In this document: one piece after another, positions 40,759-50,070 of the stretch
Position numbering within the stretch: position 1 is the stretch's first letter
How the letters are laid out: every line of letters begins with the position of its first letter
NCBI GenBank assembly: GCA_965223865.1
Contig: OZ245020.1
Span: 480,001-544,000 of the forward strand
Length of the DNA stretch: 64,000 bases
Source of the DNA: Nitrosarchaeum sp.
Lineage (GTDB): Archaea; Thermoproteota; Nitrososphaeria; Nitrososphaerales; Nitrosopumilaceae
Reading direction: 5' to 3'
Notes under the pieces: generated by a model
What the model was told of the DNA's origin: nothing
Databases searched by the model: none
The model's input: only the letters and a program-made list of their open reading frames with translations
Made by a program: the position numbers and the translations under genes

Positions 40759-40776
40759 ATTTTTAAGTCAATTATG
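40639..40776 (+). repeat. 138-bp inverted repeat, right copy (partner 37188-37325)
   Basis: Direct base-by-base comparison. Confidence 0.95.
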
Positions 40777-40789
40777 GGTTAAAGAAACA

Positions 40790-40996
40790 ATGAAAGACAT
40801 CAATGACATCATGCCCAAAATTCCAAACATGAGATGGGGAGCTTTGATGAACAAAGCTCCAACTAGTAAAAAAGTTGAAGAAATGAATAAAATTTTTCCT
40901 AGCAATGGAAAATGGCATACTATCTTTGAGGAAAAAGAATCAGTTACAATTGATGGAAAGCAAATTTGGAAAAAAGATCCAAACAAATGGACCTAA
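40790..40996 (+). CDS. Small conserved hypothetical protein
   Basis: MPKIPNMRWGALMN...NGKWHT; clean ORF. Confidence 0.75.
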   Translation: MKDINDIMPKIPNMRWGALMNKAPTSKKVEEMNKIFPSNGKWHTIFEEKESVTIDGKQIWKKDPNKWT

Positions 40997-41436
40997 TCTC
41001 TGAATTTATCAAATTTTACTTTGCATTCTCTATTTAGATCTTTTACTATCATAAAATAAGTGAAAACAAGTATTGCAATTGAAATTACTCTGAGAGGAAT
41101 CTCAAAATTTGTAAGAAATGAAGTAGCAACACCTCCAGCAGCCCCAAAAATAGAGATTAAGGCAATACCTATTCCACCACAACAAGCTCCAGCACCTGCA
41201 CCAATTATAGAACCTAAAAGTCCAGTACGGAGTTTCTTGGTACTAGCTTGGAGGAATCTAATTCGATAACTTGACATGCTAATTACTAGACCAGTTAAAG
41301 CACAAATTACCACAATTGACAAAAAATTAAGAATTTCATATTCTGCAACATAAAACAGGAGATATGGTTCAAAGAATAGATATTCAGTTACATAAATTAG
41401 TGGTAAAAACAAGCTAGCAAAAAAAACCACAAACAA
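40993..41436 (-). CDS. Membrane protein with an intramembrane GACC motif (MerT/MerC-like metal-binding candidate); start uncertain
   Basis: 3-4 TM helices, AGAGACCG, C-terminal EC; the frame stays open upstream without a canonical start. Confidence 0.7.
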   Translation of the reverse strand: MFVVFFASLFLPLIYVTEYLFFEPYLLFYVAEYEILNFLSIVVICALTGLVISMSSYRIRFLQASTKKLRTGLLGSIIGAGAGACCGGIGIALISIFGAAGGVATSFLTNFEIPLRVISIAILVFTYFMIVKDLNRECKVKFDKFRD

Positions 41437-41503
41437 AGCCAGATATCTAAAATTTGAAAATACTATCTTTAGAGCTAACTCATGTTTTTCAAAAAAAGTA
41501 AAT

Positions 41504-42424
41504 TCAACTCATCTCCCTAATTACAGCTTCAAAAATCATGGGAGGTTGTGAACCCACAATTTTTTCACTTTGCCCATCTGGTCCTACAACAAAAAATGTG
41601 GGTGTTCCAACAACACCATGAGCTAATGCTACCTTTTTGTTATAATCAACTCTTAATGCTTGTTGATTCCAAAAAATACATTTATCAAATTCATCAGCAT
41701 CCAAACTCAACCCATTTGCATATCCTACAAGTGCATCTAAACTAGCCCATCCATTTTGAACACCTGCATATTTTTTATTTAACACATCAAGATATTCAAA
41801 ATAACTTCCTTGTTCTTGAGCACAATAGGTTGCCTCAGCAGCAGATATCGAATCTTCACCTAACATAGGATAATCAATAACAAAGAATTTTGCAATACCT
41901 GAATTTATCAAATTCTCATCAAGTATTTTTTTTTCATGCAATAACCACTTTACACATTTCTCACATTGATGATCACTGAACATAATAATTGTAAACAAGG
42001 CATCTGTTTTTCCTTCAAATGGACCTGCATTACTTAAATCAAAACCTCCAATCATCAAATCTTCATTTGAAACCTCATTACTAGCTCCCACAGAAACAAT
42101 TCCTACTGAGATTAAATGTTGGATTCCATTAAGAAAATCTGCATCACCAATAGAGCCTTCAGCCCACCAGCCTGCAGTATTTTTTATCCAGGAGGGTATT
42201 TCATCTGATTTTTTATTTACTACAGAATCACTATCAACATGAATAATCTCTTCATTAACTAAAAATTCAATTCCTTTTACAAAATCTGCATCACCAATAG
42301 AGCCTTCAGCCCACCAGCCTGCAGTATTTTTTATCCAAGATGGAACATCTTGTGCAAAAACACTTGTTGTTACTGGAAAAACTATCAAAAAACTTAGAAT
42401 AATAAAATACTTCATAAATTTCAT
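41504..42424 (-). CDS. Secreted DsbA-like thioredoxin-fold protein with two N-terminal xPSWIKN modules
   Basis: FSDHQCEKC active site, AAEATYCAQEQG, GVVGTPTFF cis-Pro loop. Confidence 0.9.
   Translation of the reverse strand: MKFMKYFIILSFLIVFPVTTSVFAQDVPSWIKNTAGWWAEGSIGDADFVKGIEFLVNEEIIHVDSDSVVNKKSDEIPSWIKNTAGWWAEGSIGDADFLNGIQHLISVGIVSVGASNEVSNEDLMIGGFDLSNAGPFEGKTDALFTIIMFSDHQCEKCVKWLLHEKKILDENLINSGIAKFFVIDYPMLGEDSISAAEATYCAQEQGSYFEYLDVLNKKYAGVQNGWASLDALVGYANGLSLDADEFDKCIFWNQQALRVDYNKKVALAHGVVGTPTFFVVGPDGQSEKIVGSQPPMIFEAVIREMS
42134..42337. repeat. Identical 57-bp direct repeat (42134-42190 and 42281-42337)
   Basis: Encodes WIKNTAGWWAEGSIGDADF twice. Confidence 0.9.
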
Positions 42425-42552
42425 GCTGCTCTTAGTACTAAAAATACAAATCATAATTTCCATAAATGAAAATTATTCGATAAACATACTATACAATCAA
42501 ATCTGAAAATAATATTTGCACCTTTTATAGGAAAAAATTAGCTTATTATGCA

Positions 42553-44249
42553 ATGAAATTAACAGCCCTAGCGGTACTATTTGCAGTAACAATTCTACTA
42601 ACCGGTACAATATTTACATCTGTTTCAACACAATATACTGAAGCTGTCAAAGGTCAAGGAGTTTCTAGTTCACAATATGGTTCCCAAACAAAAGGAACGG
42701 TATGTGGTGATAGACTTTGTTCAGAAATCCCTGGTGGAAGAGAAGCATGGGAGAGACAACAAATCACTCCTTCTGCTGTAATTCCAAAATATGGTATGGA
42801 ACAGAAAGGATTGCCTTTATCTCCTGAAACAGTTCATGAGAAAAGATCTCAAGGAATTACTTGTCAATGCGGTCCAGACGGATGTAATTGTCCTGGTTGT
42901 ACATGCAGTCAAGATGGAATCTGTACTTGTCATGGTGATGCTCATCAATGTTCTTGTGGTGGACATGATGGAAAACATGGAGCCTGTGCTTCATGTGGTA
43001 TGTCAGGCCATGGTTATCATGGAATGAGTGGTCATGAGATGAAATCAGTTACTGGAACAATTCAATCAGAAACTGATCCAGGTATGGGACATAAAGAACA
43101 TCAACTTGCAGTATTATTGCCACCATCAAATAAAATGTACAAAGGTATTCTGACTTACTCGGCATCTACAGATGTTCAGCTTGTTGCACTTCACGGACCA
43201 TTAGATAAAGATGAGGTTATGGACCAAACTATCTGGACTCCAGATAATGAGAAGACAAATTATGCCTTAACAGTAGTTAATCCAGAAAGTAATATGGGTA
43301 CCTGGGTTTTTGCTGGCAATGCATTAGCAGTTCATTCATTTGAGAAGGAACCATTTGATGTCACTTATTCGCTTTATTATGCAAAAATTGCTGACGGTCA
43401 TGCTATGTATGGAACTTGTCAATGTGCAAAGGATGCTCTTGTGATCAAGACGGATCTTGCATCTGCTCAGGTGAAGTTGGACCATGTATGTGCGGACCAA
43501 ACTGCACTTGTGGAGATTCTATGAAACATGGTTCTCATGGAATGAAATGCAATTGTAGTGAAGACGGAACATGTTCTTGTGGTGCAGGATGCACTTGCTC
43601 TAGTGAGCACTGTTCATGCAGTGAAACTGGAGAGTGTACTTGTGGTGCAGGATGTGACTGTGCTGGACCATCAGGTCATGGTGATATGAAACATGGTGAA
43701 ACTTGTACATCTTGTGGAAGTTATCATGATGCTCATAAAATGAGTGATCATGCAATGAAAGCCTATTCTGGAACAATCCAATCGGAAGATTATTCAAATC
43801 TTGAACAAGAACAATACCAACTTACTGTATTATTACCTCCAAGCTCAGATATACATGCTGGAGTAGTAACTTACTCGGCATCTACAGATGTTCAGGTTGT
43901 TGTACTCCACGGACCGTTAACTAAAGGTGAAGTTAAAGGACAAAATATCTGGACACCAGATGATAAGACAAATTATGCATCAACCGTTAACCCCGCAAAT
44001 AAAATGGGAAGCTGGATGTTTGCTGGCAATGCATTAGCAGTTAAAGCATCTGGTTCTGATCCATTTGATATCACTTATTCCATTGTAACAATGGGAGGTG
44101 GTCAATCAATGCCAGTTCATGAGAAAAGATCTCATGGTGTAACATGCGATTGTGCAGAAGAATGCTCTTGTGATCAAGACGGATCTTGCATCTGTTCAGG
44201 TGAAGTTGGACCATGTATGTGCGGACCAAATTGTAACTGTGGCGAATAA
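42553..44249 (+). pseudogene. Secreted Cys/His-rich metallothionein-like multidomain protein split by a 1-nt frameshift at about 43428-43432
   Basis: ORFs 42553-43524 and 43416-44249 join at CQCA|xGCSC; the internal repeat copy at the 3' end (TGTGCAGAAGAATGCTCT) is 1 nt longer than the junction copy (TGTGCAAAGGATGCTCT). Confidence 0.85.
43433..44230 (+). repeat. 69-bp direct repeat (43433-43501 and 44162-44230), 1 mismatch
   Basis: Encodes CSCDQDGSCICSGEVGPCMCGP twice. Confidence 0.9.
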
Positions 44250-44334
44250 TCCACTTTCTTTTTATTTTTAGGATTACAATTTCAGAATCAATTAATCTAG
44301 ATTTTTAAATAGAAAACAAAGGAACAAGAACTAC

Positions 44335-45900
44335 TTGAAGAAAATATTCTATGTTGTAATTACTCTTTTTGTATTGTCCATTATGATATCATCAACCATT
44401 TCTTCTTCATTTGGTCATGGTGTTGGAAGTGAAACATTTCCTCCAGTTGATTTAGATGGTAAACTTGTAACACTAGAAGTTTCTTCGTCTACTAATAATC
44501 CTGAAGAGAGTAGTGACCAACAAATTTCTATCTCTATGATTGATTTTGATTCTAAAATTACATTAAGAGATGTTACTTTTTTGATTAAGTCAGAACGTGG
44601 AGAACAATTTCTGTTTGAAAAAGAATTTCAGGCTGATAATGGTTTTTTAGTCTTTAATTTTGTCTCAGAAGACACTGAAAAAATTCTGATTGAAGAAGAA
44701 AGTGGAGGTGATTTTTTTGGATCTTTATTGGGTCTTGAAAGTAGAAAAATAAATGTAATAGGACCAAGCCTTAGTGAAGGAGGACTTTACACCTTTGATG
44801 TTAGTATTCTTACTGCAGATGGCTATTCAAAAAAACTAGATAAACCCCTAGTGTTTAATGCCGGAATTTCAATTGCTCAAACAACCAAACACGAAATAAA
44901 TGATCCAAATTTTGGCAGTCAAACAATTGATGTAATAACATACTATGACGAAATCAATGATTTTAGTTACAATCCTAATTTAAAAGAAATAAAATTTTCT
45001 ATGCCATTTGAATGGAGTGAAACAAATGTTAATCAAACATCAGTGGTTCACGAAGAATTAGTAATACCAAAAACATTTGGAGATTTACTTGTTTCAGGAT
45101 TTTCAATGTACGTCAATGACATCAAATTATCTGATGATATTGTAACAATTGATGATTTTTTCTCTGAAGGTAGAGTTGTTCATTTTATTGTCAATCAAAA
45201 AGAATTATGGAATATTCTTGAAGAATACGAAAATCAAAATGGAATGAATTTTGTTATAAAGCCTAGTTCAGAGAAAATTCAGCTAAGCTCTGTAACAGAT
45301 AACGGACAATTTCGTTTACTTGTTTCATGGGAACCAGAAATTCTTAAATCAGATTCTCAAGCAAAAATTATTTTTGATATTACAGATATTTTCTTAAAGA
45401 ATAGACCTGTTGCTGTTAATTATGATTTTTCCATAACTCAAAATGAAAGAATTATCCATACACAAAGTGGTTTTAGTACAGATTCTAGAGATGAGCATAA
45501 TATAGCTAAATTTTTCATTCCTGAAGATGTTTCCGGTATTATTCATTTGAATTTCCAAAATTTAGATGATAACAATTTAGCAAAAACATCAATTCCTGTT
45601 GTAGTTGACCCTATTACAAATACAAAAAACACAATTGCAATTCCAGAATGGATTCGTAACAATGCTGCATGGTGGTCAGAAGAACAAATAGATGATAAAA
45701 CCTTCATTCAGGGAATAGAATATCTTATCAAAAATGATATAATTGTAATTCCAAAAACTGCTCAATCTGAGTCTGACACTAAAGAAATTCCTTCATGGAT
45801 TCGTAACAACGCAGGCTGGTGGGCTGAACAACAAATAGATGATGAAACCTTTGTCCAAGGTTTACAATACTTAATACAAAAAGGAATACTTCTTGTTTGA
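44335..45900 (+). CDS. Secreted protein with predicted mature N-terminus HGVG and two C-terminal IPxWIRNNA modules
   Basis: SFG|HGVG; FSMPFEW/VVHEE/VVHF core. Confidence 0.85.
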   Translation: MKKIFYVVITLFVLSIMISSTISSSFGHGVGSETFPPVDLDGKLVTLEVSSSTNNPEESSDQQISISMIDFDSKITLRDVTFLIKSERGEQFLFEKEFQADNGFLVFNFVSEDTEKILIEEESGGDFFGSLLGLESRKINVIGPSLSEGGLYTFDVSILTADGYSKKLDKPLVFNAGISIAQTTKHEINDPNFGSQTIDVITYYDEINDFSYNPNLKEIKFSMPFEWSETNVNQTSVVHEELVIPKTFGDLLVSGFSMYVNDIKLSDDIVTIDDFFSEGRVVHFIVNQKELWNILEEYENQNGMNFVIKPSSEKIQLSSVTDNGQFRLLVSWEPEILKSDSQAKIIFDITDIFLKNRPVAVNYDFSITQNERIIHTQSGFSTDSRDEHNIAKFFIPEDVSGIIHLNFQNLDDNNLAKTSIPVVVDPITNTKNTIAIPEWIRNNAAWWSEEQIDDKTFIQGIEYLIKNDIIVIPKTAQSESDTKEIPSWIRNNAGWWAEQQIDDETFVQGLQYLIQKGILLV

Positions 45901-45964
45901 TCGCTTGCCACTTCGAAGTATGAACCAGTCTCTTTAAATTAATAAAAAAATAATTTTCATTGAA

Positions 45965-46357
45965 TTGTTTCGACCACAAAGCATAGTTGAACGAAAATCA
46001 GCATTATTCTCTATAGTTGTTACTGGAATTATTGCAATTTTGGCAATTCCTGTAATAATGCCTCATATTTTACATGGATTTCATATTGCTCATATTTTCT
46101 TACATATAGGTGGAATTACACTTGCAGTATTCATTACAATTCTTGCAACATTAGCCTATGCAAAATTAAAAACAAAACGACTCTTGCTTAGTGCAATTGC
46201 CTTTGGGAATTTTATTGGAGCAGAGACTGTATTATTAATAGATGCCACATGGCCAACTGTCTTTGATCTAAAGGATATGCCTCTATTAGAAGTAGGACAT
46301 TTATTGACGTTTAGCACACTGGGACTATTAGCTTTGGGAGTTTTTAGAAATGATTGA
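45965..46357 (+). CDS. His-rich four-TM membrane protein
   Basis: PHILHGFHIAHIFLH and EVGH; overlaps the downstream regulator. Confidence 0.8.
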   Translation: MFRPQSIVERKSALFSIVVTGIIAILAIPVIMPHILHGFHIAHIFLHIGGITLAVFITILATLAYAKLKTKRLLLSAIAFGNFIGAETVLLIDATWPTVFDLKDMPLLEVGHLLTFSTLGLLALGVFRND

Positions 46358-46850
46358 TAGAAATTTAAAATTACAACAAATAATTGAACAAAACCCAGGA
46401 ATTCAATTCAGAGAAATCATGCGATCCTCTGGGCTAAAAAATGGTGTTCTTAGCCATTATCTAAGTAAATTAGAAAAAAGTGGAATTATCAAAGCAGAAC
46501 GAGGTCCAAGACAAACAAGATTTTATCCACCAAAAATTACAGAAGATGAATCCAAAGTAATCAAATCATTACGCAGACAAACTCCTAGAGACTTGTTACT
46601 TGCACTTGTAAAAGAAGATGGTTTAGAATTTAATCAACTAGTAAAAGAAGTTGGAAAATCACCGTCAACTGTGTCACTTTATTTATCACAAATAGTTAAC
46701 GACGGTCTTGTTGAGATAAAAATAGAGAATCTAAAAAAGAAATATTACATTAAAACAAGAGATTTGATAGATCAATTAATTGAAGATTATAGACCAAGCT
46801 TAATTGAAAAACCAACATCTGGATTCGAAGATATATTCAATTCTTTGTAG
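46350..46850 (+). CDS. Double winged-helix transcriptional regulator
   Basis: NPGIQFREI...GVLSHYLSKLEKSG and FNQLV...KSPSTVSLYLSQI HTHs. Confidence 0.9.
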   Translation: MIDRNLKLQQIIEQNPGIQFREIMRSSGLKNGVLSHYLSKLEKSGIIKAERGPRQTRFYPPKITEDESKVIKSLRRQTPRDLLLALVKEDGLEFNQLVKEVGKSPSTVSLYLSQIVNDGLVEIKIENLKKKYYIKTRDLIDQLIEDYRPSLIEKPTSGFEDIFNSL

Positions 46851-46971
46851 ATTTTCTAAAATATTACGAAATTTTTTTGATAAAAAATTATTTTTGTATA
46901 TTCAAAATAATCTAATAATTGTCATTCTCAAAGTTTAGATTATGTTAGTAAAATAATTTCTAATGTTATAC

Positions 46972-46994
46972 CAGTACAATTTGTAAATGTACCA
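46972..46994. promoter_or_regulatory. Candidate operator CAGTAC-N11-GTACCA
   Basis: 6 nt upstream of the TTATAA box (47001) of gene 47030. Confidence 0.5.
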
Positions 46995-47029
46995 AATTCG
47001 TTATAATTAAAATTCAAAGAAGGAATTCA

Positions 47030-47635
47030 ATGAACAAAAAACGTCTATTCATTCCAGCAGTAATTGCTGCAATTGCAATAGGAGCACTTGGTTATATCGG
47101 AGCACAAGAGGCAGATGCTCACCAAAGAATTACTGGCTTGAGCTTCGGTACAATCATCATAGGACATGAGGCTGAACCAGCGTTTGGTCATGAAAAAGGT
47201 GTTTGGCTTGGAAAACACCCTACTGAAGTATTCTTACGTGATGCAGACAATAATCCAATCATAGACCTCCAAGGACTCAAAGTAGACAAGTACTACTTCA
47301 AAAATGTTAAAAAATACAACAAAGCAGATTCATTATTTGACGCAACAGCAAAATCTCTCGGAAATGACTTGAGACAAGTATTTGGCGAACCTGGAACATA
47401 TCATAGTGATCAGATAATCGAACCTGGCATTTATGGATATAGGGTATACGGAGATGTTAATGGCCATTCACTTGATGTAACCTTGTTTTGTGCTGCCGAT
47501 GGAATGGATGATCCAACAAAATTTGAAGATACTGCTGATGGTGAACCAGCTAGAGAATTTGGATGTCCAAGAGACATAAATGACATCAAATTCCCGCCTG
47601 ATAACAGCAAGAACAACCACGACGACGATGATTAA
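47030..47635 (+). CDS. Secreted protein with predicted N-terminal His, distant paralog of 35473
   Basis: ADA|HQR; IGHEAEP, EPGTY and KFPP match VGWGIEP, PGHY and DFPP. Confidence 0.8.
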   Translation: MNKKRLFIPAVIAAIAIGALGYIGAQEADAHQRITGLSFGTIIIGHEAEPAFGHEKGVWLGKHPTEVFLRDADNNPIIDLQGLKVDKYYFKNVKKYNKADSLFDATAKSLGNDLRQVFGEPGTYHSDQIIEPGIYGYRVYGDVNGHSLDVTLFCAADGMDDPTKFEDTADGEPAREFGCPRDINDIKFPPDNSKNNHDDDD

Positions 47636-47691
47636 TCACATCATTTCTTTTTCTTTTTTATTGTATAGGATAAACTTGAATTCTGTTTTAG

Positions 47692-48135
47692 ATGAGTGTA
47701 ATTTCAAATTATTTAATGAGATTTTGGGATAAAAAAATGAAAGAAAATAATGCACAAGAGCTTGCTTTTTGGGGATTACGTTTCTCTATTGGAATTTTGT
47801 TTGTTACTGTAGGATTAGATAAATTCAATGAATCATTTGCAAAGTATTTGTTAGATATAGGATTGCCATTAGAATTACAGATACCAATAGCATTAGCAGA
47901 ATGCATTGGAGGAATTTTATTAATATTAGGATTTATGACGAGAATTTCAGCAGGAGTTTTGGCTACAATAATGCTTGGCGCAATTATTATAAAACAAATA
48001 TCTTTACCGTTTGAGATAGCAACTATTGAAATGGATCTTATCCTTTTAAGCGTGTGCATTTTAATCTTAGTGGTAGGATCTGGAAAAGTATCATTGGCAA
48101 AAAAAATTGAAAACATCCCAAACATCCTAAATTAA
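47692..48135 (+). CDS. DoxX family membrane protein
   Basis: LRFSIGILF..GLDK, AECIGGILLILGFMTR, GSGKVSL. Confidence 0.88.
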   Translation: MSVISNYLMRFWDKKMKENNAQELAFWGLRFSIGILFVTVGLDKFNESFAKYLLDIGLPLELQIPIALAECIGGILLILGFMTRISAGVLATIMLGAIIIKQISLPFEIATIEMDLILLSVCILILVVGSGKVSLAKKIENIPNILN

Positions 48136-48380
48136 TTCTTATGTTACTAAATAAAATTAAGTCGCATTATATAGATAGTTCACTATTTTAACTACTATTA
48201 CAGTTTACACATAAAATATTCCAATTTTATTTTTACCTATTATTGAATAGCATTACTATGCAAATCATGATAGGACGAGAAATGAAGGAGTTATACGGTT
48301 CATCTTTTACCTGTTTCTCTTTTTTTTAATTCTTTTTTGAACAATCTTATTATAGAATTTTCATTCAAGCTAAACATCTA

Positions 48381-49157
48381 ATGTTTCCACTAAGAGATGA
48401 GAATCCACATCCACCTGGATTCAAACCAAAGGTAACTTACGCATTAATGATAATCAATATCATTGTATTTTTTATCGAAGTTGTATACACTGGACAATTC
48501 TTTGATTTTTCAAATCAAAATGCATTTAATTTATTTTATAATTGGGGTGCTGTTCCAAATTGTATAACAGGTGGTACTGTACTTAATGTTGATTTTGGTG
48601 CAGGGCCATTACGTGTATCGTGCCCTGATGTACCATATGTATCTCTGATTAGTTCTATCTTTTTGCATGGTGGTTTGATGCATCTTGGAGGAAACATGTT
48701 GTTTTTGTGGATCTTTGGAGATAATATTGAACAAAAGTTTGGAAAAGTAAAGTATCTTGGAATTTATCTGATGTGGGGAGTAGTTGCTGGATTAATACAT
48801 ATCTATGGTGATACAAACAGCGCCATTCCTGCAGTTGGAGCATCAGGAGCAATATCTGGAATATTAGGTGCTTATCTTGTAATTTTTCCAAGAGCTAGAA
48901 TTCAAACTTTCATGATGCTAGGCTTCTTTTGGCGAATGATGCATATACAAGCAAGATGGTTTTTGCCATTTTGGTTAATTTTCCAGAACTTACTTCCATT
49001 TTTTATTGGAGGATTTGGTGTTGCAGGTGGAGGAGTAGCCTATCTTGCACATATTGGAGGTTTTGTTATAGGGCTTGCAACAGGCTACCTATACAAAAAG
49101 ACACATACCTCAGACTTTACTTATGGAACAAGATACGGCTATAGACCCGATTACTAG
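48381..49157 (+). CDS. Rhomboid family intramembrane serine protease
   Basis: FLHGGLMHLGGNM, GASG and AHIGG catalytic motifs. Confidence 0.95.
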   Translation: MFPLRDENPHPPGFKPKVTYALMIINIIVFFIEVVYTGQFFDFSNQNAFNLFYNWGAVPNCITGGTVLNVDFGAGPLRVSCPDVPYVSLISSIFLHGGLMHLGGNMLFLWIFGDNIEQKFGKVKYLGIYLMWGVVAGLIHIYGDTNSAIPAVGASGAISGILGAYLVIFPRARIQTFMMLGFFWRMMHIQARWFLPFWLIFQNLLPFFIGGFGVAGGGVAYLAHIGGFVIGLATGYLYKKTHTSDFTYGTRYGYRPDY

Positions 49158-49196
49158 TTTTTAAAGAATAAATCAACCAAATCAAACAAACTATTC

Positions 49197-49373
49197 ATGC
49201 CTTTGATTACTGTATCAATGTATCCAGGAAGATCACAAGAACAAAAAGATGAATATGCAAAAGCAATTACAAAAGCTGCTGTAGATATTCTCAAAACAAA
49301 AGAGAATCATGTAATTGTTGTTTTTGAGGATAATCCAAAGGAGAATTGGTTTTTGGCAGGAAGCCAACTGTAA
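49197..49373 (+). CDS. 4-oxalocrotonate tautomerase family protein (58 aa; not in the ORF track)
   Basis: MPLITVSMYPGRSQEQK...VIVVFEDNPKENWFLAG; catalytic Pro1. Confidence 0.9.
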   Translation: MPLITVSMYPGRSQEQKDEYAKAITKAAVDILKTKENHVIVVFEDNPKENWFLAGSQL

Positions 49374-49643
49374 ACAGACCTGTCATTTTCCTCTTTTTTG
49401 TAAATGCAAATGGTGATAACCATCATCTGCTTTATTATGAAATTTTAATGTATGTTCATAATCCTTACAAGGTTGCTCACTCACAGATTTTCACAATAAT
49501 TCATATGTAAAAACAATCTATGCATCAACCAAAAATACGACAAGAAAATTTCACTAAACGAAATAGAATATGTAAACCAAAATTATACTCTGGTTAATTT
49601 TACTCAACTCTGTTATTTTTTTGTAATCTAGTAAGTGTATTCT

Positions 49644-49871
49644 ATGGGTTATCATGAAAAATATGAGCAAGAAGATGCTTATTGGTGCTTAGTCCATAAC
49701 TATTGGGAACCTCATAACCAACATTGTCTTCATCAAAAAGAATTACATATTCTACTTGAAGAGATCAATCATCCTCTTTCAACCTTAGAACATATAGTGG
49801 AAAATGCTGTTAGACACTCAATCATCCAATCAGGACACATACTTCATGACCACCTAATTCATAAACACTAA
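49644..49871 (+). CDS. His-rich small protein (14 His in 75 aa)
   Basis: WCLVHNYWEPHNQHC and GHILHDHLIHKH. Confidence 0.55.
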   Translation: MGYHEKYEQEDAYWCLVHNYWEPHNQHCLHQKELHILLEEINHPLSTLEHIVENAVRHSIIQSGHILHDHLIHKH

Positions 49872-50070
49872 CAAAAATTCACTCAATTTTGTAACTAATA
49901 CACATCTTCTCAATTAAAAAATCTTGTAAATTTTATCAATTTATGGTAGTAATTCAACTTTAATTATTTTTAAAAAAAGAAAACAACTGGATTTTTTCCT
50001 CCAGTCACAGGAATAGACATACACACATTGGTCGATACCCAAATTATACATAAATAAAATAATAACAAAA

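Noticed and set aside
37188-40776. Inverted repeats as transposon or IS ends
   Set aside because: The repeats are coding sequence for a protein module; no transposase or target-site duplication is seen
43420-43440. Programmed -1 ribosomal frameshift
   Set aside because: No X XXY YYZ slippery heptamer; comparison with the internal repeat points to a simple 1-nt deletion or sequencing error
47709-48125. Long antisense ORFs in the track (also 5359-5814, 6376-6747, 26764-27129 and others)
   Set aside because: Shadows of well-supported genes on the opposite strand
49383-49484. 33-aa minus-strand ORF MSEQPCKDYEH...HHLHLQKRGK
   Set aside because: May be a decayed Zn-ribbon gene, but too short and degenerate to support
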